Below, one piece after another: positions 52,901 to 64,000 of a DNA stretch of 64,000 nt (the stretch's first letter is position 1; each line of letters opens with the position of its first letter). Made by a program: the position numbers and the translations under genes. The notes under the pieces were generated by a model, which ran no database searches, was not told where the DNA came from, and saw only the letters and a list, made by a program, of their open reading frames with translations. Source of the DNA: Mobula hypostoma (taxonomy: Eukaryota); contig NC_086097.1 in the NCBI RefSeq assembly GCF_963921235.1, positions 153,886,001 through 153,950,000 of the forward strand, written 5' to 3'.

Positions 52901-54155
52901 GTTTTGCCCCAAGCTAGAGTGGTGTCGCCAATTCATTTAAGAAATCGACACTCTTGTTTACAAGGCCCAACTGCAAGGGGAGATTCCTAAGAATGTTCCT
53001 GCAGATCAGCGGCTTGTCCCGGGTTCTATACGTCCCAGGTACTGCAATAGGGACATTCATCAAGAATGACTGCACACCCAGGGATTGCCAGAACCCTCCA
53101 GTGTATCAAGAGGAGGTATTGGTAGCCCAGAATGATGAGAGAAGTTTGGCAGTGTGTGCAGGAATGCAAGGAGTACACCCAGAAGTAGGAGCCCCGCACC
53201 CGACCCCAAGGGCTCCGCCACCCCCTGCCCGTTCTGAAGAGACCTTGAGCACACAACTCTATGGACTTGTCATGGGTCTCCCGCCATCCAAGGGATCAAT
53301 TTTTGAAAGCCTGCAAGTTCTTTACCTTGGAGAAGCTACCTTCCGAAGCATAGACAGCTGAGATTGCTCTGGACCAGGTCTTCAGAGTCCACAGATTCCC
53401 AGTGGACATTGTCTCAAATCGTGGTCCACAACTCTCATCACATTTCTGGAAGGCTTTCTGTAAACTGATAGGGGCAACAGCAAGCCTTTCCTCTAGGTTT
53501 CGCCTGCAGTACAACAGTCAGACAGAGTGGAACCAAACAAGATTTAGAACGTACCTTGAGATGCCTGGTCTCGGAAAGACCTGTTGAGTGGTGTGACTAT
53601 TTAATTTGGGCAGAGTTCACCCACTACAGTACTCAGCACATGGGATATCACCGTTTGAGTGCCAGTTTGGTTATCCTCATCCTCTCTTTCCAGAACAATA
53701 AGCCGAAGTTAGAGTTCCTTGGCAGAAGATCTTGTCCAGTGCTGCAAGGAGAAATGGATGAGGGCAAGAGAGATTTTGCTGATCTCTACCCGGAGGGCAA
53801 AGACTAAGGCAAACTGAAGGAGGTGTCTGGGACCCATGTTATAGCCTGGGCAACAGGTCTGGTTGTCCACTCATGATTTGTCTCTCCAAGTGGAATCTTG
53901 AAAGTTGGCACCCAAGTTTATTGTCCCCTTTAAGATCCTGAGGAAAGTAAACTTGGTGGCTTACACCTTGCTGCTCCCCAAGACCCTAAAGATCAACCCA
54001 CCTTCCCCATTTCAATATTAAAATCTATCTGGAACAGACCTTTAGCCCCATCACCATCGGCCCTGCCACCACCCAGATTTATTGGGGGGAACAGATCTTC
54101 ACGGTGAATAGACCTTTGGACTGGCATACTGTTCAAGGTGTTTGGCAATACCTCA

Positions 54156-55980
54156 AGATTTACATTACATCTCCCTCTAAATGTGCAATGTGCAATTTAT
54201 AATAATTTATAAATATAACAAAGAAATACTGTTGCATCAGCATGAATTAAGCAGTCTGATGGCCTGGTGGAAGAAGCTGTCCTGCAAACTATTGGTCCTG
54301 GCCTTAATGCTGCGGTACCATTTCCCAGTTGGAAGAGTTTGTGGTTGGGGTGACTCGGGTCTTCAATGGCCCTTTGGGCCCTTTTTACACACCTGTCTCG
54401 TCTTTGCAAATGTCCTGAATAGTGGGAAGTTCACATCTACAGATGTGCTGGGCTGTCCGCACCACTCTTTGCAGAGTCCTGCGATTGAGGAAAGTACAGT
54501 TCCCGTACCAGGCAATGATTCAGCCAGTCAGGATGCTCTCAATCGTGTCCCTATAGAAAGTTCTTAGAGCTTGGAGGGCCAAACCAAACCTCAACCATCT
54601 GAGGTGAAACAGGTGCTGTTGTGCCTTCTTCACCACACAGCTGGTATGTACAGACCACGTGAGATCCTCTGTGATGTTTATGCCAAGGAACTTAAAGCTG
54701 TACACTCTTTCAACCCAGATCCATTGAAATCTATAGGGGCTAGCCTGTCTCCATTCTTCCTGTAGTCCACAACCAGCTCCTTTTTTTTATGACATTGAGA
54801 AAGAGGTTGTTTTCTTGACACCACTATGTCAGGGTGATGACTTCTTCCTTGTAGGCTGCCTCATTATTATTTGAGATTAAGCCAATCAGTGTAGTGTCGC
54901 TAGCAAACTTAATTAGCAGATTGGATCTGTGGGTGGAGATACAGTTATGGGTACATAGAGAGTAAATGAAGGGGCTTAGTACACTGCCCTGTGGGGCACT
55001 TTTGTTGAGGGTCAGAGGGGCAGAGGTGAGGGATCTCACTTTTAACACCTGCTGGTGATCTGACAGGAAGTCCAGGATCCAGCTACACAAAACAGGGTGA
55101 AGGCTGAGGTCTCTGAGCTTCTTGTCGAATCTGGAGGGAATTATGGTGTTGAATGCTGAACTGTAGTCCAAGAATAGCATTCTCAGATAAGCATCCCTCT
55201 TCTCCAGTTGTGTAAGGACGGTGTGTAGAGCTGTGGCTATCGCGTTGTCTGTCGATCGGTTGTGTCGGTAGGTGAATTGTAGGGGGTCCAGTGTGGGTGG
55301 CAGCATGCTGCAGATGTGATCCTTGACCAGGCTCTCAAATCATTTGCTTATTATTGAGGTGAGTGTGACAGGACACCAGTCATTCAGACATGTTACCTTG
55401 GTCTTTTTAGGTTCAAAGACAATGGTGGATGTTTTGAAGCAGGAGGGTGCTCTACACTAGGAGAGGGAGAGATTAAAAATGTCCATAATCATACCTGCCA
55501 GTTGTGTTGCGCACATCTTGAGCACTTGCTCTGGGATGCTGTCTGATCCTGCAGCCTTGCAAATGTCCACCCATTGGTAACACCTGTGTACTTCAGCCTC
55601 AGAGATGACCAAAAGACAGGCAGTCAATGCTCCCTGCTCTGCACTTGCTTCAATGCTTCAATCTCCCTCGTCGCTTTAATTGGTGAAAAATGGTAGCTTT
55701 AATCAGCAAAATGAGCCAAACATCAGCTTGTGCCCCATCCTGCAGCCTGCCTACCACACGGTTTTCAATCGCTGTCTCTGCCTCTCGGAATCCTCTCGGA
55801 GACTGCAGAGATCTGAAGCACCCAAACGATCTCCAAACAGCAAAAGTTCCAACAGTTCCAGAATCACATTCAAGACATGAAACAAATGTGAAAGACATAA
55901 AAGAAGTGAAAAATATAGTTTCATGATCTATCCAGAAGATGTTGAGCAAAGGAGTATGGTATGCAGGTGCCATCTTGACT
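54156..55980 (-). mobile_element. Rex1/Babar LINE with internal deletion, inserted in the Gypsy chromodomain
   Basis: ORF 54824-55306 has LDPLQF..NRSTD..LFLDYSSAFNT..APQG. 5' end aagatggcacc at ~55975. Gypsy YL|VN resumes briefly at ~55983. Confidence 0.9.
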
Positions 55981-56441
55981 TCCTAGTCAATATGAGAGAA
56001 GTTAAAGTACCCCATTATGACATCCTTGTTGTTTCCACACCATTCCATAACCTATCTACATATCTGTTTTTCCACCTCTTTTTAGGTATTGGGAGGCCTA
56101 TAGTATAATCTCATCAGCAGTTGCAACATCTCATTTCAGAACTCCACCCAAATGACCTCTGTCTGTTGATGTCTCTCATCCTCTCTGACTACTGCTGTGA
56201 CATCATCCCTTATCAGTGGGTACAAAGCCTAATTTATTTTACCCCTTTCTGTCATGTCTAAGACATAATCTCCTTTAAACTTTCTCATTTGTCTTAAACT
56301 TATTGCCTCTAGTATTTGGTACTTCCATCCTGGGAAAGAATATTCTGACTATATACACAAGCTGCTTTACCTGGTCTAAAGTTGCAGGAAGAACAATCCA
56401 ATTTTTTCAAACTCTTTTTATTGCTGATACTCTCTAATCAG

Positions 56442-58087
56442 CAGTGCCTATATAAAGTATTCACACCACCCCCCTCCCCCACAGAAGGTTTCATGTTTTA
56501 TTGTTTTAAAACATTAATCACAGTGGATCTAATTTGGCTTTTTTGACACTGATCAACAGAAAAAGACTCTTTCGTGTCAAATTGAAAACAGATCTCTACA
56601 AAGTGATGTAAATTTATTCCAAATATAAAACAAAAAATGATTGATTGCATAAGTATTCACCTCCTTCAAATCAGTATTTAATAGATGCACCTTTGGCAGC
56701 AATTACAGCCTTGAGTCTGTGTGGATAGGTCTCTATCAGTTTTGCACATCTGGACAGTGCAATTTTTCCCCATTCTTCCTTACAAAACACTTCAAACTCT
56801 GTCAGAGTGCATGGAGATCATGAGTGAACAGCACTTTTCAACCCCAGCCATGAATTCTCAATTGGATTGAGGTCTGGACTCTGAGTTGGCCACTCCAGCA
56901 CATTAACTTTGTCATTTTTAAGCCATTCCTGTGTAGCTTTGGCTTTATGCTTGGGGTTATTGTCTTGCTGGAAAACAAATCTCCCAAATCCTAGTTCTCT
57001 TCCAGACTGTATCAGGTTTACCTCCAGGATCTCCCTGTATTTTGCTGCAATTATTTTACCCTCTACCTTCACAAGCCTTCCAGGGCTTGCTGCGGTGAGG
57101 CATCTCCACAGCATGATGCAGCCACCATCATGTTTCAAAGTATGGATGGTTGTTTTTAATGATGTGCGGTGCTTGGCTTATGCCAAACATAGTGTTTAGT
57201 CTGATGGGCAAAAAGCTCAGTGTTGGTTTAATCAGACCATAGAACCTTCATCCAGTTGATTTCAGAGTCTCCCATATGCCTTCTAGGAAACCCTAGCCGA
57301 AACTTTATGTGAGTTTTTTTCCCAACAGTGGCTTTCTCTTTGCCACTCTCCCATAAAGCTCTGATTGGTGAAGCACCCAGGCAACAGTTGCTGTTGGCAC
57401 AGTTTCTCCCATCTCAGCCACTCAAGCTTGTAACTCCTCCAGAGTTGTCGAAAGTCTCTTGGTGGTCTCCCTCACAAGTTCCTCTCTTGCATGGTCACTC
57501 TATTGTTGAAGTCAGCCTGCTCTAGACAGATTTTACAGCTATGCCATATTCTTTCCAATTTTTGATGATTGACTTAACTACTCCAAGAGATATTCAGTGA
57601 CTTCAAAATTTTCTTGTATCTAACTCCTGACTTGTGCTTTTCTATAACTTTTTCACAAAGTTGCTTGTAGTGTTCTTTTGTCTTCATGGTGTAGTTTTTG
57701 CCAAGGTACTGACTCACCAGCAGTTGTACTTTCCAGATACCTGTGTATTTTTACTAAAATCAATTGAAACACCTTGATTGCACACAGGTCTCCAAAAACC
57801 GATTTCCATTTAACTTATAATATGACTTCTCAAACCAATTGACTGCACCAGTGATGATTTGGTGTGTCACATCAAAGAGGGTGAATACTTATGCAATCAA
57901 TTATTTTGTATTTTGTATTTGTAATTAATTTAGATCATTTTGTAGAGGTCTGTATTCACTTTGACACAAGTATTTTTCTGTTGATCAATATCAAAAAAGC
58001 TGAATTAAATCCAGTGTGATTCAATGCTATAAAACAATAAAAACGTGAAAACTTCCAAGGCAGGGTGAATATTTTTTATAGGCACTG
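56442..58087 (-). mobile_element. Complete Tc1 (IR/DR-type) DNA transposon
   Basis: ~210-bp TIRs (56442-56661 and 57879-58087) starting cagtgccta, each with an aagtattcac-type direct repeat at both ends. TA follows the right end. Confidence 0.95.
56671..57687 (-). pseudogene. Tc1 DD34E transposase, disrupted
   Basis: MKTKEH start, KHDGGCIMLW, FQQDNNPKH, WPTQSPDLNPIEN and a KY* end. Contains internal stops and frameshifts. Confidence 0.9.
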
Positions 58088-59197
58088 TACATAGATGACA
58101 TTCAGGTGAGACTCTTTTGCACCCATGACAAAGACTTCAAATTCTTCCTGTAACGCAACAACCAGAACCACATGAAATACTCCTAAAGTGTCCTAACTAA
58201 AGTTATTTAGAGTTGGAACATGATTTTCTAACTTTTATTCTCAATGCCCCATTTGTTGAAGACAAGTAAGCCAAACACTTTCTTCACTACCCTATCTAGT
58301 TGCTAGTTTGCACCCCAAGATCACTCTGTACATTAAAGTTCCTGAGGGTGCTGCCATTTGAAGTATACACTGCTCTTAGAGAGGATTCAGTTGGATGATC
58401 CCATTTTTGGAGGGATTTACTTCTGAGGAAAGTTTGACTTTCAATGAAGTTGGGAAGAATGAGAAGCATACATATTGAAACAGGTTTTCAGAAACCTTGA
58501 CAGAGTAAATGCTAACAGTATGCTTCCCTTGTAAGACAGTCAAAGACCGAAGGGCAACATTTCACAATTTTTGATGACCCACTTAGGACTGGAATAAAGT
58601 AGAAGTTCTTCTCTGAACATTGTACTTCTTTAGAACTCATTGGGCAAAGCAGGTCCAAGAGACCAAAGGACCTCCTCTTGTTCCTATTCTTTATAAATAT
58701 TTGGTAATAAAGACATTGCTTTAACATCTCATTGAAACATTGTACTTCTGACACTGCAGACCTCACTCATTTTCACCTTTTGAAAGCCATGTTAAACTTC
58801 TTCAGATTAAGTTGCATGCTGAAACATTAATGTTTAATGAGCACTCACTTAGGTTTGATTGTTTGGACTGTTTAGCATGAGCAGGACAGCTTTTCATGCT
58901 TACATTGGTTGAACAGTGCAATTGAACTTAAGAACAGAAAATGCTGGAAACACTCAACAGATCAGATAACACCTATGGGAAGTGAAACAGTTCACATTTC
59001 AGGTTAAAGACCTAACCAAGGGTCTTCCAACTGAAATGCTAGGGCTCTTTCTCTTCCTACAGAAGCTGCCTGAACTGCTGAATGTTACCAGCATTTTCTG
59101 ATTTTATTTCAGATTTCCAGCATCTGTGATTTCTTTGATATTCAATGTTATTAGAATAATGGCACAGGGGAAATAAATCTGTAATAATTTTTTCTAA

Positions 59198-59895
59198 TGT
59201 AGCCCCCACGGCCACCCTCAGGATCGCTCGGCTCGCTGTCATCTAGGGAAACAGCCCTCGGCCCCGCCAAACTGGGTAATTAGTTTGTGTGGATGCTGTG
59301 TGATGTAACCCACCCCGCCCAAATAACAGACAATACACCAGATACGACTAAATGATTTACTGTTTATAGATATTACTGGAACTATATAATTAATAGAGAA
59401 TAAAATATAAAAGGAAAATAAAAGGCACCACACTTATCAAAGTTCAATCAATTCGTGCACAAAATAGTTGGAGCTCAAGACCTTTCTGCTTCACCCTACG
59501 ACCTTTTGGGCCACCTTGACTGGTCGCCTGGGACCAACAACAGTGGTCAACCAGCCGCTCCACACGAGTCCGTCTCCGTCTCCTCTCCTCGCCAAACACC
59601 CTCCTTGGGGTCCAACCCCGTTAACAGACTCACAGCACCTGGTCCATCCTCTGTCTTTCTCTCCCGCCTTCTGCCCCAAAACCCTGCGCATACAAATCTT
59701 CCAGATACACCAAAGTCATAACAACTATCTCAATTGGTTCGTAACATCCTCTTATCACCCCCTAACCCACAACAAGCTGCTAACGCAAAACTTTCTCAGC
59801 GTTTAACATAACGAAGAAGCATTCCCAAGTATAACAAACAAAGAAGCTATTTTAATTAGCCTACTCAGTAACATAAAAGATGAAACCCCCTTACA
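59198..59895. mobile_element. Solo LTR (698 bp)
   Basis: tgta...taca termini with an exact 4-bp TSD ctaa (59194-59197 and 59896-59899). CpGs are retained. Confidence 0.8.
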
Positions 59896-60624
59896 CTAAC
59901 TATTTCTTATTTTGTTTTCAAAATATAATCACTTTCCTTTGGGTTCTAGTTACTGCCTTTAGTCAGGGTAAGAGTAAAAGAAATCAGCATAGATACAATA
60001 CTTGATGGTTATGGTCAGTGGATTATAAAATCAGAAGTGATGAAATAAAGTTACATCATAGCATACTGCTAAACTGAAATAAATAGAAGAGGAATTCAGG
60101 AATTCACGTTGGTCAAATGTGCTGGTTGGTTAACTGGCTGTTGTAATTTACTCCATGGTGTATTTAATGGCACATCAGAGTTGATTGGCTTGTGAGAGAG
60201 AGGAAAATATTGAAGAGTTAAGGGGAAGAATGGGATTATTCCCTTTGGAATTGACGTCAGTCCAAAGGGTTAAGTGCCCTTCTGTGTCACTTGAATGACA
60301 AATGGTCAGTAGTTTATTTTACACTCTGCTCAAATCTGAAGTTAACCAAGAGTCGTTTACAGCCATTACTTGTTTAAAGTAATGCAATCAGAAGATGTAA
60401 ATTGCTAGCTTACATGAAGAGAACAACTGGCAGGAGCTAATGAAGTGAAATAACTAGGAATCTTTTGGGTTGTTGCTTCAGTAATTCTAATTGTTCCTGT
60501 TTAATCAAATAGGCACTGAAAATCTACATATAAAAAGTTATTTGCAAATGTCCTGAAATAAACTATACTTCTTTAGAATTTACATATTATTGAAAACTGA
60601 TATCTACAAAGAGAAACACATTGT

Positions 60625-60932
60625 TAGGTATTCTAAGGGACTGAACATACGAGTATTTGGATAGACGGGGAGTGATTAGGAATAGTCAGCATGGCTTTTT
60701 GCATGGTAGGTATTGTCTAACCAATCCTAGAGAGTTTTTCGAGAAAGTTACCAGGAAAGTTGAGAAAGGCGAGTCAGTGGATATTGTCTACATGGACTTT
60801 AGCAAGGCATTTGACAAGGTCTCACATGGGAGTTTGGTCAGGAAGGTTCAGTTACTTGGCATTCAAGATGAAGTAATAAATTGGATTAGTCATTGGTTTT
60901 ATGGGAGAAGCCAGAGAGTGGTAGTAGATGGA
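60625..60932 (+). mobile_element. CR1 RT fragment
   Basis: SQHGF..CLTN..YMDFSKAFDKV..RSQRVVVDG. Confidence 0.9.
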
Positions 60933-61167
60933 AGTTTGGTGGATCACCGAACTTGGCGAAGTGTTTGCAGACATTCCTGCTCTGATCGACTAGCCATCAT
61001 CAGTGCGCAGTTGAGGGTATTGTCTCCTCAGAATGCCAGTTTATATACTCCTCTAGGGTCCAAATGGATATTGATAAGATGTGGTGGTCTGGTTGGCTGG
61101 TTTAGCAATAGAAGATTCTGATTGGCTAACTTCAAGGGAGGTCCGTTAGAAGTGTTCTGTCTGAGAT

Positions 61168-61358
61168 CGTGAGTTTCATCTGGGTTCTCCAGTTTCCTCC
61201 CACAGTCCAAAGATTGGACTGTGAGGTTGGGAGGTTAACTGGCCATTGTAAATTGTCCTGTGTTTAAACTCAGATTAAATCGGGGATTGCTGTGGGCACG
61301 GCTCAAAGGCCCAGAAGGGTATATTTTGCACTGTATCTTGATAAATAAATAAATAAAT
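61168..61358 (+). mobile_element. V-SINE 3' part
   Basis: gggttctccagtttcctcccacagtccaaaga and an (aaat)n tail. Confidence 0.75.
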
Positions 61359-61729
61359 ATGATCAGGAAGCACTTGAAGGTTGTAATGTCCTTTAGGGGA
61401 AGAAAATCTATATAACACTGGCCTTTATCTGACATCTTGATTGTTAATTCTCCTCTGAAATAATGAAGCAAATCAGTCAATTCATGAGATAATTCAGAAT
61501 AGGTGCTAGTGTCAATTACATTCTGTGAAATATATAACATAAAAAAGTGTCAAGTTAGTGCAGTGGATCCTGATTTTTTAATAAAATTGCATAGATATTG
61601 CAAGAGAAAAACCTACCATTCACCTCTACCAATTAATTTATCATTCAATTGGGCAAAAGCTTACTGACACTGAATCTATAACTCTTCAATATCTTCACTT
61701 CTTATCCAAACAAACCATGAATGTTGCCA

Positions 61730-62225
61730 TAGGTTTTCTGTAGGATTTTCTGTTCAAGAGTATTTGGTGTTTCCATACCAGCTGGCTTGCAGCTAGTCAA
61801 TACACACCTATAGAAGTTTGTCAAAGTTTTCAATGTCATACTGAATATCTGCGAACTCTTGGGGGAGTAGAGGCATTGCCATACTTCCTTCATAATTGCA
61901 TTAATATGCTGTGCCCAGGACACGTCCTCTGAAATAATAACACTAAGGAATTTAAAGTTGCTAACCCTCTCCATCTCTGATCTCCTGATGAGGTCTGGCT
62001 TATGGACCTCTAGTTTCCTTCTCCTGAAGTCAATAATCAGCTTCTTGGTCTTGCTGACATTGAGTAAGAGGTTGTTGTTATGACACCAGTTTAACTGCTT
62101 TTCAATTTCCCTCCTATATGCTGATTCATCGCCATCTTAGTTTCAGTCTATGACAGTGATGTCATTAGCAAACTTGAATATGGCACTGGAGCAGTGCTTA
62201 ACCACACAGTCATAAGTGTAAAGCG
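61730..62225 (-). mobile_element. Rex1/Babar fragment
   Basis: MERVSNFKFLSVIISEDVSWAQH. Confidence 0.85.
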
Positions 62226-62544
62226 ATAACCATGTCTACTTGTTGTTACTATGTCATTTAAAGGCAGTAAAATACTGTAATGGAAAAAAAATTATAAAGA
62301 ATCTTCATATATTTATTCCTTTTCTTCATCAACACCTTTCTGATGAAGCTTTGTCATGATTTCTTTGAAGAGTCAAGTGTGGAGTTCAACAGTGCACATG
62401 TACTTCAAGAGATTATTACAAAGGTTTAATGTTGCTTAGTGGAACCAAATGTAGTTTGTCATACTTGTTTTGCCATTTAATTAGATCATGCTTTGTATCC
62501 CTGTATAGCCATACTTACCAAAAATCTCAGATTACAGCTTTATT

Positions 62545-63258
62545 GAATTGAATTGACTTTATTTCTTACATCCTTCACATACATGAGGAATAAAAATCTT
62601 TACGTTATTTCTCCATCTAAATGTGCAATCATAGTAATTTATAATAATTTATGATAAATTGAACAGTCAATGTATCACAGAAATACACTCAAATCAGTGT
62701 GAGTTAATCAGTCTGATGACCTGGTGGAAGAAGCTGTCCTGGAGCCTGTTGGTCCTGGCTTTTATGCTGCGATACCATTTCCCAGATGGTAGCAGCTGGA
62801 ATAGACCGTGGTTGGGGTGACTCAGGTCCCCAATGATCCCTCGGGCCCTTTTTTTCACACCTGTCTTTGTAAATGCCCTGAATCATGGTAAGTTCACGAC
62901 TACAGATGTGCTGGGATGTCCACACCACTCACTGCAGAATCCTGCAATTAAGGGAGGTACAGTTCCCATACCAGGCAGTGATGCAGCCAGTCAGGATGCT
63001 CTCAATCCTATCTGAGGTGAAAGAGGAGCTATTGTGCCTTATTCACCACAGAGCGGGTGAGTACAGACCACGTGAAGTCCTTGGTGATGTGGATGCCGAG
63101 GAACTTAAACCTGTTTACCCTCTCAACCCCAGATCCATTGATGTCAATAGGGGTTAGCCCGTCTCTATTCCTCCTGTAATCTACAACCAGCTCCTTTGTT
63201 TTTGCAACATTGAAGGGGAGGTTGTTTTCTCGACACCTGTGTCAGAGAGATGACTTCT
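62545..63258 (-). mobile_element. Rex1/Babar 3' fragment
   Basis: Homologous to 54160-54850, with an (aattc)n tail on the minus strand. Confidence 0.85.
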
Positions 63259-63268
63259 CTCAGAAGCT

Positions 63269-63400
63269 TTATTGTATGAACATCTTCAGCCTTTTCCTGA
63301 AGAGAATTTCTGATAGCCTGCTTCTCTTTGACGGAAGAGCCTTCATTTCTTCATTATTATTTTTACATACTTGTGGATCTTCCTCTAATTCATTTGAACA
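63269..63400 (-). CDS. Candidate terminal exon of a minus-strand gene: CSNELEEDPQVCKNNNEEMKALPSKRSRLSEILFRKRLKMFIQ*
   Basis: Strong acceptor gttttctgtgttttcttctctaacctttag and 43 open codons. The stop overlaps AATAAA. An alternative donor CAA|gtatgt would instead give a 30-bp exon (63371-63400). Confidence 0.45.
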   Translation of the reverse strand, partial: CSNELEEDPQVCKNNNEEMKALPSKRSRLSEILFRKRLKMFIQ

Positions 63401-63774
63401 CTAAAGGTTAGAGAAGAAAACACAGAAAACATCCTAGTGATATTGGTGAATAATTTTATGAGTATTCCTTTTCCATAAATTATATTTCACGAGTGTTTTA
63501 GGGGAAGAATAGTGAGAACTAATAACTAGTAAATAGGTTTTAGAATAGATTGTGCTAATGTGGTAACAGGGAACCAAAGACGAAGCCTAGAAGTAGAGGT
63601 GTGGAATGCAGCTCGACAAAGTCAAATTAGATTTATCGCTAGACTTGTGGATAATCATTTTATTCTCTAATCAGGACCTAGACTGTTATTTAACTAAGTA
63701 TTTATGTAACCATCATTCTGTTATCAAAAGTTAGTTTTACTGGTAATGTCATCAACTGGAAATGTAAAACTGCC

Positions 63775-64000
63775 TAATGCATCACCCACACCAGCTTACC
63801 CACCAGCAAGAACATACAGGCAGAAAGGTGCCAGGTAAAGGACAGTAATATCATGAAGGATCCCACCCATCTTATTCATTAACTGTTTGTCCTACTCCCA
63901 TCCAGGAGGAGGTTTCGTAGCATTCACGCCAGGGCCACCAGACTCAAAAACAGTTACTTTCCCCATGCAGTAAAGCTGATTAATACCTCCACCCACTAAT
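63775..64000 (+). mobile_element. Rex1/Babar 3' fragment
   Basis: IMKDPTHL...LLPSRRRFRSIHARATRLKNSYFP. Confidence 0.75.

Larger units (their letters stand above)
46380..54155 (+). mobile_element. Sushi-like chromoviral Gypsy element (partial 5' LTR, gag, PR, RT, RH, IN), decayed and interrupted by Rex LINEs
   Basis: LTR tgttacaag at 46380. gag [85 protein letters not shown]. Confidence 0.92.

Noticed and set aside
59950..59967. 18-bp micro-exon candidate with a gtaaga donor
   Set aside because: Too short to support from sequence alone.

Overview
Eukaryotic genomic DNA that is mostly transposable elements. The repeat content (abundant Rex1/Babar and CR1 LINEs, V-SINEs, Penelope-like elements) suggests a cartilaginous fish such as a ray, which is an inference. 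The window appears to be mainly intronic: a few small, phase-compatible + strand exons of a gene I cannot name (1924-1984, 4085-4130, 28960-29037, 34170-34325) and one possible terminal exon on the - strand (63269-63400). Larger elements are a decayed R4/Dong-type restriction-endonuclease LINE containing a full-length RTE LINE, two inverted copies of a sushi-like chromoviral Gypsy family, a complete IR/DR Tc1 transposon, a young CR1 RT ORF, solo LTRs and Penelope GIY-YIG pieces. The most notable signals are self-cleaving RNA motifs read directly from the sequence. One is a complete HDV-like ribozyme fold whose first nucleotide is exactly the 5' end of the RTE element (24688-24882, -). The others are minimal hammerhead motifs in Penelope terminal repeats, including a ~1 kb fold-back insertion (7076-8148). 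Boundaries of decayed repeats are approximate, and all family names come from motif recognition rather than database searches.
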